A DNA stretch of 64,000 bases from an uncultured Acidimicrobiaceae bacterium (GTDB lineage Bacteria > Actinomycetota > Acidimicrobiia > Acidimicrobiales > Bog-793), in NCBI GenBank assembly GCA_963801185.1, contig CAWDDW010000003.1, positions 412,893 through 476,892 on the forward strand. Direction: 5' to 3'. The notes beneath the pieces are model-generated. The model had not been told where the DNA came from, made no database searches, and was given only the letters and a program-made list of their open reading frames with translations. Shown piece by piece: positions 20,715 through 30,855 of the stretch. The number at the start of each line of letters is the position of its first letter. The stretch's first letter is position 1. Position numbers and translations under genes: made by a program.

Positions 20715-22019
20715 GTGCGCCTACAAGACGAGAAGGCGAAGCTCGAGCGATTCGCGCTCGGCAACGGCCTGAAGGTGATCGCCGCCCCTGACCACTCGAG
20801 CCCCCTCGTCGGAGTCTCAGTGGTCTACGACGTCGGGTTCCGGACAGAGCCTGAAGGAAGAACCGGATTCGCCCACCTGTTCGAGCACCTCATGTTCCAG
20901 GGCTCCGCGAACGTGGCGAAGATCGAGCACGTCCGGCTCGTCGAGGCGGCGGGCGGTGTGTTCAACGGCCACACGTTGGCCGACCTCACCGCCTACTACG
21001 AAGCGGTGCCCTCCGGGGCACTCGAGCTCGCGCTCTGGCTGGAAGCTGACCGGATGAGAGCGCTAGCCGTCACCGAGGAGAACCTCCGCAACCAGATTGA
21101 CGTGGTGGAGGAGGAGATCAAGGTGAACGTCCTCAACCAGCCCTACGGCGGCTTCCCCTGGCTTGTTCTTCCCGAACTTGCGTTTGACTCCTACCCGAAC
21201 GCCCACAACGGCTACGGCGACTTCGCCCATCTCGAGCGAGCGACCGTCGAGGAGGCGGCCGAGTTCTACGCGAGCTACTACGCACCGTCGAACGCGGTGC
21301 TCACGGTCGCGGGTGACTGTGATCCCGACGAGGTCCTCCAGTTCGCCGAGCGACACTTCGGCGACATCTCCGGCAAGCCGCGACCACCGCAAGGACCATG
21401 GCCTGAGCCTCCGCTCGAGACTGAGCGCCGTCGGGTGATCGACGACGCGTTCGCACCGCAACCGGCCTTCGTCGTCGGCTGCCGGACGCCCGACCCCGTC
21501 GCGAACATCGATCTGCACCTCGCGTACAGCGTGGCTGCGAGCCTGCTTGGCGACGGCGAGGCAAGCAGGCTCCGTTCCCGCCTAGTCCATCGCGATCACA
21601 CCGTCACCGACGTCAGCTGCAGGCTCGGCATCTTCGGCATGGACAACTTCTTCATGCGCGACCCTGTGCTCTTCCAGATCGTCGTGCGTCATCCGGGCGT
21701 GGCCACGACCGACGAGCTTCTCGCCGCGATCGACGAGGAGCTTCGGCGCCTGGCCACCGAGGGCCCAACGCCGGACGAGCTCGGGCGCGTGGCGGCCAGT
21801 ACGGCGTCGGACTACTGGAAGGGCATGGACTCCGTGATGGAGCGGTCGATCGCTCTCGGCTCGCTCGAGGTGGTGCACCGCCGTGCCGAGCTTGCAAGAG
21901 AGCTGCCGGGGAGGTTGGCAGCCGTGTCGGCGGCCGAGGTTGCAGCCGCCGCCATGGACCTCTCCGACCAGGCGCACGCGATCGTCGAGATCCGCCCAGC
22001 GCCCACGGCATCGCTATGA
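20715..22019 (+). CDS. M16 family zinc peptidase (insulinase-like), catalytic subunit
   Basis: The inverted zinc motif HxxEH is present in GFAHLFEHLMFQGS. The ORF is 434 aa. Confidence 0.9.
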   Translation: MRLQDEKAKLERFALGNGLKVIAAPDHSSPLVGVSVVYDVGFRTEPEGRTGFAHLFEHLMFQGSANVAKIEHVRLVEAAGGVFNGHTLADLTAYYEAVPSGALELALWLEADRMRALAVTEENLRNQIDVVEEEIKVNVLNQPYGGFPWLVLPELAFDSYPNAHNGYGDFAHLERATVEEAAEFYASYYAPSNAVLTVAGDCDPDEVLQFAERHFGDISGKPRPPQGPWPEPPLETERRRVIDDAFAPQPAFVVGCRTPDPVANIDLHLAYSVAASLLGDGEASRLRSRLVHRDHTVTDVSCRLGIFGMDNFFMRDPVLFQIVVRHPGVATTDELLAAIDEELRRLATEGPTPDELGRVAASTASDYWKGMDSVMERSIALGSLEVVHRRAELARELPGRLAAVSAAEVAAAAMDLSDQAHAIVEIRPAPTASL

Positions 22020-23341
22020 CCACGTCGCGACCGTCCACCGGACGCCTCCGCACGCCGCGGATGCCGACTGTGACCGAGTCCGAGCTCGCCGGTGGCCTGC
22101 ATGCGGTAGCGCTGCGTCGGGCAGGTGTGCCGCTCGTCGAGCTGCGTCTCGTCTTCCCCCTTTCGGCGCGACAGATCTCCCAGCCAGCAGCCCCGCTCGT
22201 GATGTCGGACTCCCTCTTCGCCGGCACGGATCGCCATGACCGGGAAGGACTCGCCATCGCTGTGCAGCGGCTCGGTGGCACCCTGACTGCCACGCTCCGC
22301 GGGGATAATGTGGAACTGAGCGCGTCGTCTCTTGCCAACCGGCTGCCGGCGCTCCTTGCGCTCGTGGCGGAGGTGCTCACAGCAGCCACCTACCCGGCTC
22401 CAGAGGTGCACGCCGACCGGGCACGGAAAGCGGACGAAGTCGCTGTCACGTTGAGCTTGCCCGAGACCCTCGCCGACGAGGCCCTCGCGAAGCGGCTCTT
22501 CGGGAGTCATCCGTACGGGACGGCCATTCCTCGCCCTGAGGCAGTGCTTCGGGTCGGCGCGGCGTCGCTGCGCAAGCTGCACGGAGGAGTCCTCACGCCG
22601 AAGTCAGCCCACCTCACTCTCGTGGGGGACATCCAGCCCAAGCGGACGCTGGCGGTGGCCGAAGATGCACTCGGCCGTTGGCTCTCGGAGCACGGTGCAC
22701 GAGTCTCTGCTCTTCCTCCGCTCCCCGACGTACTCCCAGGGCCACTCCGGTTCGTCGACCGATCCGGAAGCGTCCAGAGCAACCTCCGACTCGGGGGAGC
22801 CGCACCCGACCGTGCGCGACCCGACTGGCCCGCAGCTGCGCTCGCCAACGAGATCCTCGGTGGCATGTTCACCTCTCGGCTCGTCGAGAACCTACGCGAG
22901 AAGAACGGCTACACGTATTCGCCCCGAAGCGCTGTCGACCACGGTCGTGCCGGATCGACGTTGAGCATCAGGGCCGAGGTCTCGACAGAGGTAACGGCTG
23001 CTGCGCTCGTCGAGACGCGTTATGAGCTCGGGCGCATCGCGACGACCGGTGTCACCGAGGAGGAGGTGGAGGCGGCGCGCCGGTACGCGGTCGGATCGTT
23101 TCTCTTCCGGACCGCAACTCAGGCGGGCCTCGCGTCCGCCCTTTCGACCTGGGCATTGGCGGGGATCGGTCCTGGTTATCTCACCGCATACCCGGCGAGC
23201 ATCGCCCGTGCGACGCGAGCCGAGGTGGACGAAGCCGCCCGCCGTTATCTCGCACCCTCTGGGATCGCGACCGTGGTGATCGGCGATGGCGACGCTCTCG
23301 CGGGGCAGCTCGCGATACTTGACGAGGTCAGTACCGTCTGA
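22016..23341 (+). CDS. M16 family peptidase-like protein, non-catalytic partner
   Basis: It has a 4-nt ATGA overlap with the preceding gene. Length and fold pattern match the M16 family, but no HxxEH motif is present. Confidence 0.8.
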   Translation: MTTSRPSTGRLRTPRMPTVTESELAGGLHAVALRRAGVPLVELRLVFPLSARQISQPAAPLVMSDSLFAGTDRHDREGLAIAVQRLGGTLTATLRGDNVELSASSLANRLPALLALVAEVLTAATYPAPEVHADRARKADEVAVTLSLPETLADEALAKRLFGSHPYGTAIPRPEAVLRVGAASLRKLHGGVLTPKSAHLTLVGDIQPKRTLAVAEDALGRWLSEHGARVSALPPLPDVLPGPLRFVDRSGSVQSNLRLGGAAPDRARPDWPAAALANEILGGMFTSRLVENLREKNGYTYSPRSAVDHGRAGSTLSIRAEVSTEVTAAALVETRYELGRIATTGVTEEEVEAARRYAVGSFLFRTATQAGLASALSTWALAGIGPGYLTAYPASIARATRAEVDEAARRYLAPSGIATVVIGDGDALAGQLAILDEVSTV

Positions 23342-23374
23342 GCGGTCGGCGACCTCCCGATCCTGTGGGCACCG

Positions 23375-23394
23375 TGGTCAATGGGGGTTGACCA
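23375..23394. terminator. short hairpin between convergent genes
   Basis: GGTCAA-tggggg-TTGACC lies between the M16 stop (23341) and the MBL stop (23401). There is no clear U-tract. Confidence 0.3.
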
Positions 23395-23400
23395 ACGCCA

Positions 23401-24237
23401 TCAGTTGCCACCCAAGACCTCGAGATCGATCGACGTGAGGTCATCGCCCATGATGACGGTCCCGCTGAACCCGGCCGCCAACTGGCGCCACTCGAGCTCG
23501 GTCTCTTTGGTCAGAGCGGGCACGTAATGCGTGAGTATCAGCACCGCGACGCCTGCACGCTCGGCGGTCTCTGCTGCTTGTTGCACAGTCGAGTGGTAGT
23601 CAAGGATGTCTTGGAAGCGACGACTCGGCACCAGGCGAACCAGATCGTCTCGGATCACCGTCTGCACGTACGCCGTCGCGCCGGCGACGAGCTCGTCCAA
23701 GGTGACACAGGGGACACCGTCCCCCGCCACGACAACGCTCGAGCTCTCGTAGGAGACCCGATATGCGACCGTCGGCGCGACCGGACGATGATCAGTGGCC
23801 CCGACGACGACATCGAGGCCATCAACCTCGAAATGATCCCCGGGCCCCACCTCCAGCACGTCGAGAAGGGGACCTTCGCTGAGATCCTCATGGTGAGAGA
23901 TGCGATAAGCCACGTCGGTCGAGAGCATGGCGAGAGTGCGATCGACCAACTCCCTCGTCCCGAGTGGCCCGATGATGCGAAGCGGTGTTGCCGCTGAGCT
24001 CATCACCCAGTGCGTCGTGATGACGTCATTGAGATCAGAAACGTGATCGCTGTGCAGATGGGTCAGAGCGACTCCCGACAGCGTCACGGGCAGTAGACCG
24101 GCTCCAGCCAGGCGCATGACGACGCCCCGACCGCAATCGAACAGGAGAGACGACCCGCCGGCGTGGACGAGCGTGCTCGGACCGGCGCGGTCGGGATCGG
24201 GAAGAGGCGACCCGGTACCGAGCAGCGTGATCTTCAT
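23401..24237 (-). CDS. MBL-fold metallo-hydrolase (RNase Z/ElaC-like)
   Basis: The real start is MKITLLGTGSPLPD at ATG 24235-24237. The metal-binding motif is LTHLHSDHVSDL. The 668-aa ORF in the track is an artefactual upstream extension. Confidence 0.85.
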   Translation of the reverse strand: MKITLLGTGSPLPDPDRAGPSTLVHAGGSSLLFDCGRGVVMRLAGAGLLPVTLSGVALTHLHSDHVSDLNDVITTHWVMSSAATPLRIIGPLGTRELVDRTLAMLSTDVAYRISHHEDLSEGPLLDVLEVGPGDHFEVDGLDVVVGATDHRPVAPTVAYRVSYESSSVVVAGDGVPCVTLDELVAGATAYVQTVIRDDLVRLVPSRRFQDILDYHSTVQQAAETAERAGVAVLILTHYVPALTKETELEWRQLAAGFSGTVIMGDDLTSIDLEVLGGN

Positions 24238-24444
24238 GTTCCCCTGTCCAGGCCGATCGCGCACTTCGGGATCGATCGTGTGGTCGTCGGCGAGGAGCGC
24301 CGTTGCCGCGATGTGCTCTCCGACCGAGTCGACGCCAGCGTAACTGCGAGCCGTGGGGTCGAAGGCGTCGTGGGTGGGGCCGAGAAGCGTCCCCCGATCC
24401 ACGCGAGAGTACGCGACTCGCGCCCCTCCCGACTTCTTGAGGGC

Positions 24445-25818
24445 ATGGATCCAAGGATGCTTCGCAGAGTCGCGGCCACCGCGGCAGGGACGGGCCTCTC
24501 GCTCGCTCTCGGTGTGCAACCCGCCGACGCAGGTGTCGGCGGAGCGAGCAACACCTGGCAGCGTGCCCAGACTTTGTCGGCGCCCGGAGAATACGCGACG
24601 TACCCCGTGGCGGGCTTCGACGGGCAAGGCGACGCAGTTGCGGTCTGGGCACAGCTGAAGGGCACCGGAGTGGATTACCAGATTGTGGCGGCCAGCCGAC
24701 CAGCGGGGAGCAAGACGTGGGAGCGTCCTGTCGCATTGTCCCCGCGTGCCCAGTTCGCCGACTTCCCCGAGGTAGCCGTCGACGCTTCCGGGGCCGCTGT
24801 CGCGGTGTGGGCTGCTGGGGGCGTGGCGGTGAAGCCACCGGTCGGGAACCCGTTCATCCAGGCGGCGTTCCGTCCCTCGGCCACGGCCCCCTGGGGGCCG
24901 GCGGTGCGCCTCACGGCTCCATCGGTGTCGGCTTCGGAACCGAGTGTGGCGATCGACGGAGAGGGAAGCGCGACGGTCATATGGACCACGGGCACCCTTG
25001 TCCAGTCCTCGACTAGGGATGCAACCACCGGCAAGTGGTCGACCGGTTCGACCATCGGCGCCGTTCCGAAGAGTTCGCTCGCCAGCGGGCTCCGGGTGGC
25101 CGCAAGCCCTCGCGGCGCCGTAATAGCGGTATGGAAGCAGTACGTCTCGGGTGGGGTTCTCACCGGCGAGACGAACCACATCGAGGCGGCGATCAGGCTG
25201 GCCGGACACGGCACGTGGCGTAGCCCGGTCCTCCTCGGCACCGAGGTGGAGGTACCGGGTCAGGGCTCTGCCACCTTCGAGCCTCCAGAGCCCGACGTAG
25301 CGCTGGACGCACAGGGAGACGCCGTCTGCGTCTTCCAAGGCAGGTACCACGGCTCGATCGTCATCGACGCAACTTTGCGATCGGCGAGGACGGGGGGCTG
25401 GCAGCAAGCCTCCCCGATCTCGGGCAACCCTGGGCTCGACCCGATCGTCGCGATGGACGCTGACGGAGGGACCACTGCGGTCTGGCAGGGATCCGGAACG
25501 ACTGTCGTGGCCGCATCGAGAATCCTCACCGGTCCGTGGTCCACAAGGATCTTCTCAAACGCCAACCCGTACGCAGAGCCCTTTCCACAGGTATCGCTCG
25601 ACAGTCGGGGCGGCGCCGTCGCAACCTGGATCGGCCCCGAGATCGAGGTAGCGACACGGAGCGGTTTTCGGGGCGCTTGGACGAAGCCGACAAGCGTCGG
25701 CGAGGGTGGCGTCGTACAAAGCGCGATCAGCCCGGCCGGTGACGGACTCGCGATCTGGCAGGTGCCAACCAGCAAGCCTCGGGGTATCGCTGTCCAGGCA
25801 GCGATGGAGGGTTCGTAG
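24445..25818 (+). CDS. secreted repeat protein, probable beta-propeller, unknown family
   Basis: The start MDPRMLRRVAATAAGTGLSLALGVQPADA looks like a signal peptide. About 8 repeats of 45-55 aa each contain D/S-x-x-G-x-A-x-x-V/I-W, for example GDAVAVW, GAAVAVW, GSATVIW, GAVIAVW, GDAVCVF, GGTTAVW, GGAVATW and GDGLAIW. Confidence 0.6.
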   Translation: MDPRMLRRVAATAAGTGLSLALGVQPADAGVGGASNTWQRAQTLSAPGEYATYPVAGFDGQGDAVAVWAQLKGTGVDYQIVAASRPAGSKTWERPVALSPRAQFADFPEVAVDASGAAVAVWAAGGVAVKPPVGNPFIQAAFRPSATAPWGPAVRLTAPSVSASEPSVAIDGEGSATVIWTTGTLVQSSTRDATTGKWSTGSTIGAVPKSSLASGLRVAASPRGAVIAVWKQYVSGGVLTGETNHIEAAIRLAGHGTWRSPVLLGTEVEVPGQGSATFEPPEPDVALDAQGDAVCVFQGRYHGSIVIDATLRSARTGGWQQASPISGNPGLDPIVAMDADGGTTAVWQGSGTTVVAASRILTGPWSTRIFSNANPYAEPFPQVSLDSRGGAVATWIGPEIEVATRSGFRGAWTKPTSVGEGGVVQSAISPAGDGLAIWQVPTSKPRGIAVQAAMEGS

Positions 25819-25972
25819 GCCACCGCGGCCGAGAACCCGCGATCGAGACCGCGAACCTCAGTTCGGAGCCCGAGAGTTCGAGGTCAGCCCACCACTATCG
25901 GCACGCTGTCGACGCTCCGGCCCCGGCCGGCGTCACCGACGACCCACTTCTTTGACTTTCATCATGATGCTG

Positions 25973-26221
25973 CTAGTCCTTGTGCTTTCCGGTCTCGTTG
26001 ACGTGTGGGCGACCGATGCGCTCGGTCCGCGCAAGTGACGTGTCGTCCAGGGCCATGAGACCGGACAGCTTGCTCTCCGCAATCTGCAGCAGCATGGGCA
26101 CCTGGTCGTCCTCGATCTCGAGAGCCACGGCGATCACGTGATCGCCGAGCCCCTCGTCTCGGAGCCGGATCGCCACTGCGTGCAGTTCCGGCAGCTCCCG
26201 GACAGCAGAGGATCGATCCAC
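25973..26221 (-). CDS. small HTH protein resembling sigma-70 region 4
   Basis: An 82-aa ORF. AVAIRLRDEGLGDHVIAVALEIEDDQVPMLLQIAESKL matches the r4 pattern xALxLRxxEGLSxxEIAxxLGIxxxTVKxRLxxA only loosely. It lies 68 nt downstream of the LAL regulator on the same strand. Confidence 0.4.
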   Translation of the reverse strand: MDRSSAVRELPELHAVAIRLRDEGLGDHVIAVALEIEDDQVPMLLQIAESKLSGLMALDDTSLARTERIGRPHVNETGKHKD

Positions 26222-26289
26222 GCCTCTGAGGGTAAGTAAGACCTGTCTTCAGGTCTTCGGTACTTCGTACTCAGATTCGTGGTGGGGCG

Positions 26290-29075
26290 TTACTCAGGCG
26301 GCGGGGTTGGCGCGAGCGCGGCCGCGAGCGTTGTTCGGTCCGTCACGCCGAGCTTGACGTAGACGTGGTACAGGTGGTTCTCCACAGTCCTGCGGGAGAG
26401 GAACATCCTCTCCGCGATCTCCTTGCTGGAGAGTCCATCGGCGGCGAGCGTTGCGATCTCCCGTTCGCGCTTCGTGAGCCGAGTGGGCCCGCCGAGGACC
26501 TCCGCCGCGAGTCTGGGCGCCCCTTCGCACTGTTGCGCATAACGGGTTGCGGCCAGAGCAGCCGACTTGGCGGCTTTGGTCTGGTGCCGCCGTTCGAAGA
26601 GGCTCGCGGCGGCGGCCACGGCCTCAGTGGCCATCCACCACGTCGCCATGCCGGCGAAACGTTCGCCCACCTCGAGCAAGGCCTCGGGATCACCGGCGAG
26701 CATCGCCCGAGCGTTCTCCGCCAGGACGGCAACGAGCGCGCTGTCGGTCAAGGCCGCCAACTCGGCCAGCCGCTCCGCGATCGCGCTCGAGGGCGCGATG
26801 CGCAACCACGCGTCCAGCGCCTGCGCCTCTTCGCCGATCATTCCGGCGGCGCGCGCCCAGGCCACCGCCTCCCGAGCGGCGCGGTCGGCCTCGTCAGATC
26901 GTCCGGCCAAGCTGTGGAGCTCGATCTCGGCCAGATAATGGGACATGTCAAAAGAGCGGGAGATCGGCTGTGTCCGGCGGGCCTCATCGAGCGCAGCCGC
27001 TGCTGACTCCTCCTCGCCGGACAGCGCCCTTGCTCGGGCCAGGCCCGACAGCGCCCACGGCCGATATCCAAGGACATCGCGCTCCGCGAGGAGTCCGGCC
27101 GAGTCACGGAAGATCCTGCTCGCGCTCGCCGGGCGGCCCTGCTCGAGGAAGATCTCGCCGAGGAGCACTCCGAAGATCGCGGTCGCGTCCAGCAGCTCCC
27201 TCGCAAGGGAGAGATCGCGCAGCCACTCCATGAGCTCACGTGCCTGTTCGAGCTCGCCCATGCGTGCGAGCGCGCCGGCTTTGGCGAAGAGGAGTGACGC
27301 CACCGCCAGCGGGTGCCCACTCTCGTTGGCCAGCGGCACTGCCTGATCGGCGAGCGCGATCGCGTCCTTGCAGCGGCCAAGATAAAGCAGCGCCGCCGCC
27401 GCCGGGGAAGCCGCGACACTTCGGCTCAGCGCCACGCCCTGGGTGACGGCGGACTGCTCGGCATACGCCAGCGCCGCCGCCGGCTGCGCGGTGTTCAACG
27501 CGATCCCGGCGAGCTGTTGGTATACGTCGGCGAGGAGCACGGGGTCGACGCCTTCGCCGGCGGCCTCGGCGGCTTCCGTGAGACAGGCTCGGGCTTCGTC
27601 GACTCGGTATCGGCCCCAGAACCGGACCCAGCCGAGGGCGAGGGCGAGGCGGAGCCGGTCGTCGATCGCCTCCGCGTGCTGGGCGAGCGCTGCGAGCACG
27701 TCCTCTGCGCCCGCGATTGCGCCGGTCCAGGCAAGCGCGCCGGCCAAGGACACGCCCTCGGCCACCCCGCCGCTCCGGTCGAAGGCTGCTTGTGCGAGGC
27801 GGACCGCGAGCTCGCGGTCCTGGCGAACCGCCGGGGCGTCGGGGAGGTCCAAGGCGCCAAACGGAAGGATCTCGTTCAACCTCGCCGAGATCGCGCGATC
27901 GATCCCGAAGAGCGACGCGTCGCTGCCGAGTGACAGCGTCGTCGGGTCGACCTCGAGGCCCGAAGCAATCGACCAGCAAGCCAGCCGGACGCGGTCGGCG
28001 GTCCGTCGAGCGCCGGTCGCGGTCAGCGCATTCACGAGGTTGTGCCTGATGGAACGCTGCTGGAGGCTCGGCATACCGCTTCGCAGCACCTCGGCGTGGA
28101 GAGGGTGAGCGATCGATGCCTCCAGCCTTCGGCCACTCCGCTCGGTCGTCACGAGACCCCGCGCTTCCAGCTTCTGCACCGCTTGCGCGGTCGTCAGGCC
28201 GATAACGAGCCCGATTGGTAACGACCCTGCCAGCGCGAGCAGCTCCATCGCCGTCAGCTCGTCAGGTTCGAGCCGGCCGAGTCGCCCGGCGACGATCTCC
28301 TGGATACGGGCGCCCTCTGCCCACTTGCCACGCCAGCGCCACTCCCCGTCGGACTGCTTGAGGGCGCCCGTCTCGGCACTCGAGAGAACGACCTCACGGA
28401 GATACAAAGGGTTGCCGACTGTCACGTGCCAGATCCGATTGGCACTGCTGTCCTGCACACTCCCGCCCAGGCCCGCCACGAGCAGCTCGCTCGTCTCACG
28501 CCGGGAGAGGTTCTGCAGCTCGATCCGCTCGGCAAATCCGTCCTTCCACAGGTCGGTCAGCGCTGCAGGAGGATGGGAGCCGGACCTCGTCGTCATAATC
28601 GCGATGATCAGGCCCGAGGCCACCACCTGATGGAGCAGACCGGAGGAGGCCTCGTCGAGATCCTGGCAGTCGTCGACCAGCACGAGCAGACCGGTGGCGG
28701 ATTGCATGGCGGCGAGCTCATGGGCGACGGCCTCAGTCAGCTCTGTCAGCTGCAAGGAGCTCGGCAGCCGGAACACCGTACGAAAAGGCCCGAGCGGCAC
28801 GCCCGCGAACCCAGGGCTTCCCCGTATGACCAACGTCGCCCAACCCTCGCCAGCCGCCTCCTCCAGCGCCTCTCAGCAACCCTGGACTTGCCCACCCCAG
28901 GAGGCCCACTGAGGACCGCGCTACGCGCGCGAGGTGCGGATCGCAGCTGGCGCAAGAGCACCAGCTCCTCGCTTCGACCGACAAGAGGCCAGTCCGCTCC
29001 GCCGGCGCTCTTCTGCAATCGTCCCTCCCAAGATTTGCCCGGAGTTGCCTTCACTGGTCGGCCGGACACTTTCAT
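26290..29075 (-). pseudogene. LAL-type (large ATP-binding LuxR family) transcriptional regulator, frame broken once near the N-terminus as given
   Basis: ORF 28746-29126 holds LVGRSEELVLLRQL...AVLSGPPGVGKSRVAE (Walker A). My translation of the next frame continues EALEEAAGEGWATLVIRGSPGFAGVPLGPF into the 847-aa ORF 26290-28833. That ORF contains Walker B LLVLVDDCQDLD, TPR-like repeats and the C-terminal LuxR HTH REREIATLAADGLSSKEIAERMFLSRRTVENHLYHVYVKLGV. The break is at about 28871. Confidence 0.85.
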
Positions 29076-29204
29076 GCTGCCTGAAGCGGCGGGTGACAAA
29101 GCGTACTTCCCCGTCAGTTGGTGCACGTCGTTGAAACGACAGGGACCGCGAGCCTCAGCGCCGTTGGCCCGCCTACCTGCTCACGGGGACGTGAGGTCGG
29201 CGGA

Positions 29205-29480
29205 TCACGACAGGAAGTAAGCGGTGACCTGCACGTATGTGGGCACTGGAGTCGGTGACCCGAGCATGCTCGTGAAGATGAGGATGATCGTGCCGTTCCA
29301 CATGACATTCATTCCACAGCCATCCCCGTTGCCGGGCGAGATCTGAGCCCCAGGAAAGGCGCGCTTTGCATCGGCGTGGAGGGCACTGCAATCGAGCGCT
29401 CCCGGCGGTCCTCTCCAGGTTCGATCCACTGACGGCGAGTCGTTGTTGGTGATCTGGTCAACCAGCTTGCCCTGCCTCAA
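29205..29480 (-). CDS. hypothetical small protein (orphan)
   Basis: A 91-codon ORF in the lower-GC patch. Its TTG start overlaps the upstream stop (TTGA). It has two Cys and a hydrophobic stretch, NGTIILIFTSMLG. I recognise no family. Confidence 0.35.
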   Translation of the reverse strand: MRQGKLVDQITNNDSPSVDRTWRGPPGALDCSALHADAKRAFPGAQISPGNGDGCGMNVMWNGTIILIFTSMLGSPTPVPTYVQVTAYFLS

Positions 29481-29959
29481 CCAGTTGATGGGAGTAAGCG
29501 GACGACTGCGGTGAGTGCTGTGTCGGGATGCTGCCGCTCATATGAGACGTGGAAGCCCCAGAGGTTGGCCCCTGTGGCAAGGGCCGCGCTCACGACGAGA
29601 AGCAGAGCAGCGAAGGGTCTTGCGACGGGACGAACGATGAGGGCGATTCCAGCCGGGATAAAGGCTACGAGGGAGATGAGAGACCAGAGGACAATCGGCT
29701 CCACGACGAATGCTCCGTATGTTCCATCGAGAGATGAGACAGTCCACTGGTTGAAGAGCCTTCCGAGATGCGCAATCAGGATGACCCCGCAGGGGATCAC
29801 CATGAGCCAGAGCAACAGCAGGGGCAATTTGTTCCGCCCGTGCATCTGCCTTCGTGTGCGATGCAACCAACCTTGCGTGGGAACCCTCGGCGCTGGAACG
29901 ATCCGAGAAGGCGGCCCGGCCAAGTGTGAGCTTGACGTGTCGCTCCCGTCCAGCGCCAT
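29477..29959 (-). CDS. hypothetical integral membrane protein (orphan)
   Basis: It has 3-4 hydrophobic helices: LPLLLLWLMVIPCGVILIAHL, VVEPIVLWSLISLVAFIPAGIALIV and FAALLLVVSAALATGANLWGF. The likely start is MHGRNK at 29845. Confidence 0.5.
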   Translation of the reverse strand: MALDGSDTSSSHLAGPPSRIVPAPRVPTQGWLHRTRRQMHGRNKLPLLLLWLMVIPCGVILIAHLGRLFNQWTVSSLDGTYGAFVVEPIVLWSLISLVAFIPAGIALIVRPVARPFAALLLVVSAALATGANLWGFHVSYERQHPDTALTAVVRLLPSTG

Positions 29960-30074
29960 GACCCGAAATTGTAGGTCGGACGAGAAACAGCTGATGCGAA
30001 CCCGCCCGGCGTGCTCGGCGTGGCGAGTGGTGACGCCGATTCAGGAGACCGTTATGGTCCGGCGTTTGTCCGAC

Positions 30075-30686
30075 TCAGTGCCGAATGTTGCCGGAGCGCC
30101 CGCCGACTGCGGGACGAGTCGACCCGTCGAACCCCGAGGCCTGTATCAGCTTCGTTGATGCCGGGACGTCCGCCGCCGGCACCTTGTAGCCGTACAGGTA
30201 GACCTCCGCGCCGATGTCTCCGTCCATGTATACCGAAAGCTCCTTCCCCTTGGCTACGGCAAAACCTGCACCGAACGACAGTGACGTCGCACCGACGGTG
30301 GCTGGATTGTCGTCGCCGATGATGTTGCTCGTTCCGCAACTCGGGCCGCTGTAGATCGACGCGTTGATGTACGGTCCCGAACCGCTCAAGCTCCAGATGT
30401 CGATCTCGGCGCTCTTCAGGATGAACGCACTGCTCTTGGTCAGCGTGGTGGGTACCTCGAAGCAACCGTCAACGCCGTCCTTGCCGACTTCGGCGACCTC
30501 GTAAGACGACGGAGCCGCCTCCGTGGTGAGAAGTTGTGAGTCGGCGGTGGCATCCACGTTCTGATGATTTGCACCGGCGAGCACGATGACGGTCGACGCC
30601 ACTGCCGCCGTTGGTACGACCACCAGGCCGACGATCAGTCCGAGAATGAGCCAAGTCGGCCGCGGGATCTTCTGCGTCCAAGTCAT
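30075..30686 (-). CDS. hypothetical secreted or membrane-anchored protein (orphan)
   Basis: I prefer the start MTWTQKIPRPTWLILGLIVGLVVVPTAAVAST at ATG 30686, which has a GAAAGGA RBS. The track ORF extends to 30824. The mature part is Ser/Gly/Ala-rich and looks beta-rich, with 2 Cys. I recognise no family. Confidence 0.5.
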   Translation of the reverse strand: MTWTQKIPRPTWLILGLIVGLVVVPTAAVASTVIVLAGANHQNVDATADSQLLTTEAAPSSYEVAEVGKDGVDGCFEVPTTLTKSSAFILKSAEIDIWSLSGSGPYINASIYSGPSCGTSNIIGDDNPATVGATSLSFGAGFAVAKGKELSVYMDGDIGAEVYLYGYKVPAADVPASTKLIQASGFDGSTRPAVGGRSGNIRH

Positions 30687-30855
30687 AGGGAGTCCTTTCG
30701 CCATTGCGCGGTGGCGGGATGCCACCAGGGGAACCCTAGAACCGGTCGACGCACGGCGGTGGATGAGCTGCTCTAGAGCGAGCCTAGGTCCGATTCTGGC
30801 TGGACTCGCGGGCCTTACTTCCACTAGATGCTGCTGGACGCGCCTCCTCGGCCCG

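Noticed and set aside
23401-25407. A 668-aa ORF given in the track for the MBL hydrolase. The same issue affects the 395-aa ORF at 54438-55625 and the 380-aa ORF at 46290-47432.
   Set aside because: Only the C-terminal 278, 106 and 255 codons respectively look like real proteins. The upstream parts are Arg-rich nonsense overlapping other genes. Internal ATG/GTG starts fit the family-typical lengths.
29141-29160. A possible att-like partial repeat of the tRNA-Pro body: accgcgagcctcagcgccg versus cccgcgacctcagcgtccc in the tRNA.
   Set aside because: Only about 13-15 matching positions with an indel. It does not include the tRNA 3' end, and a match of this size is expected by chance in 128 kb of GC-rich sequence. 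No integrase is present.
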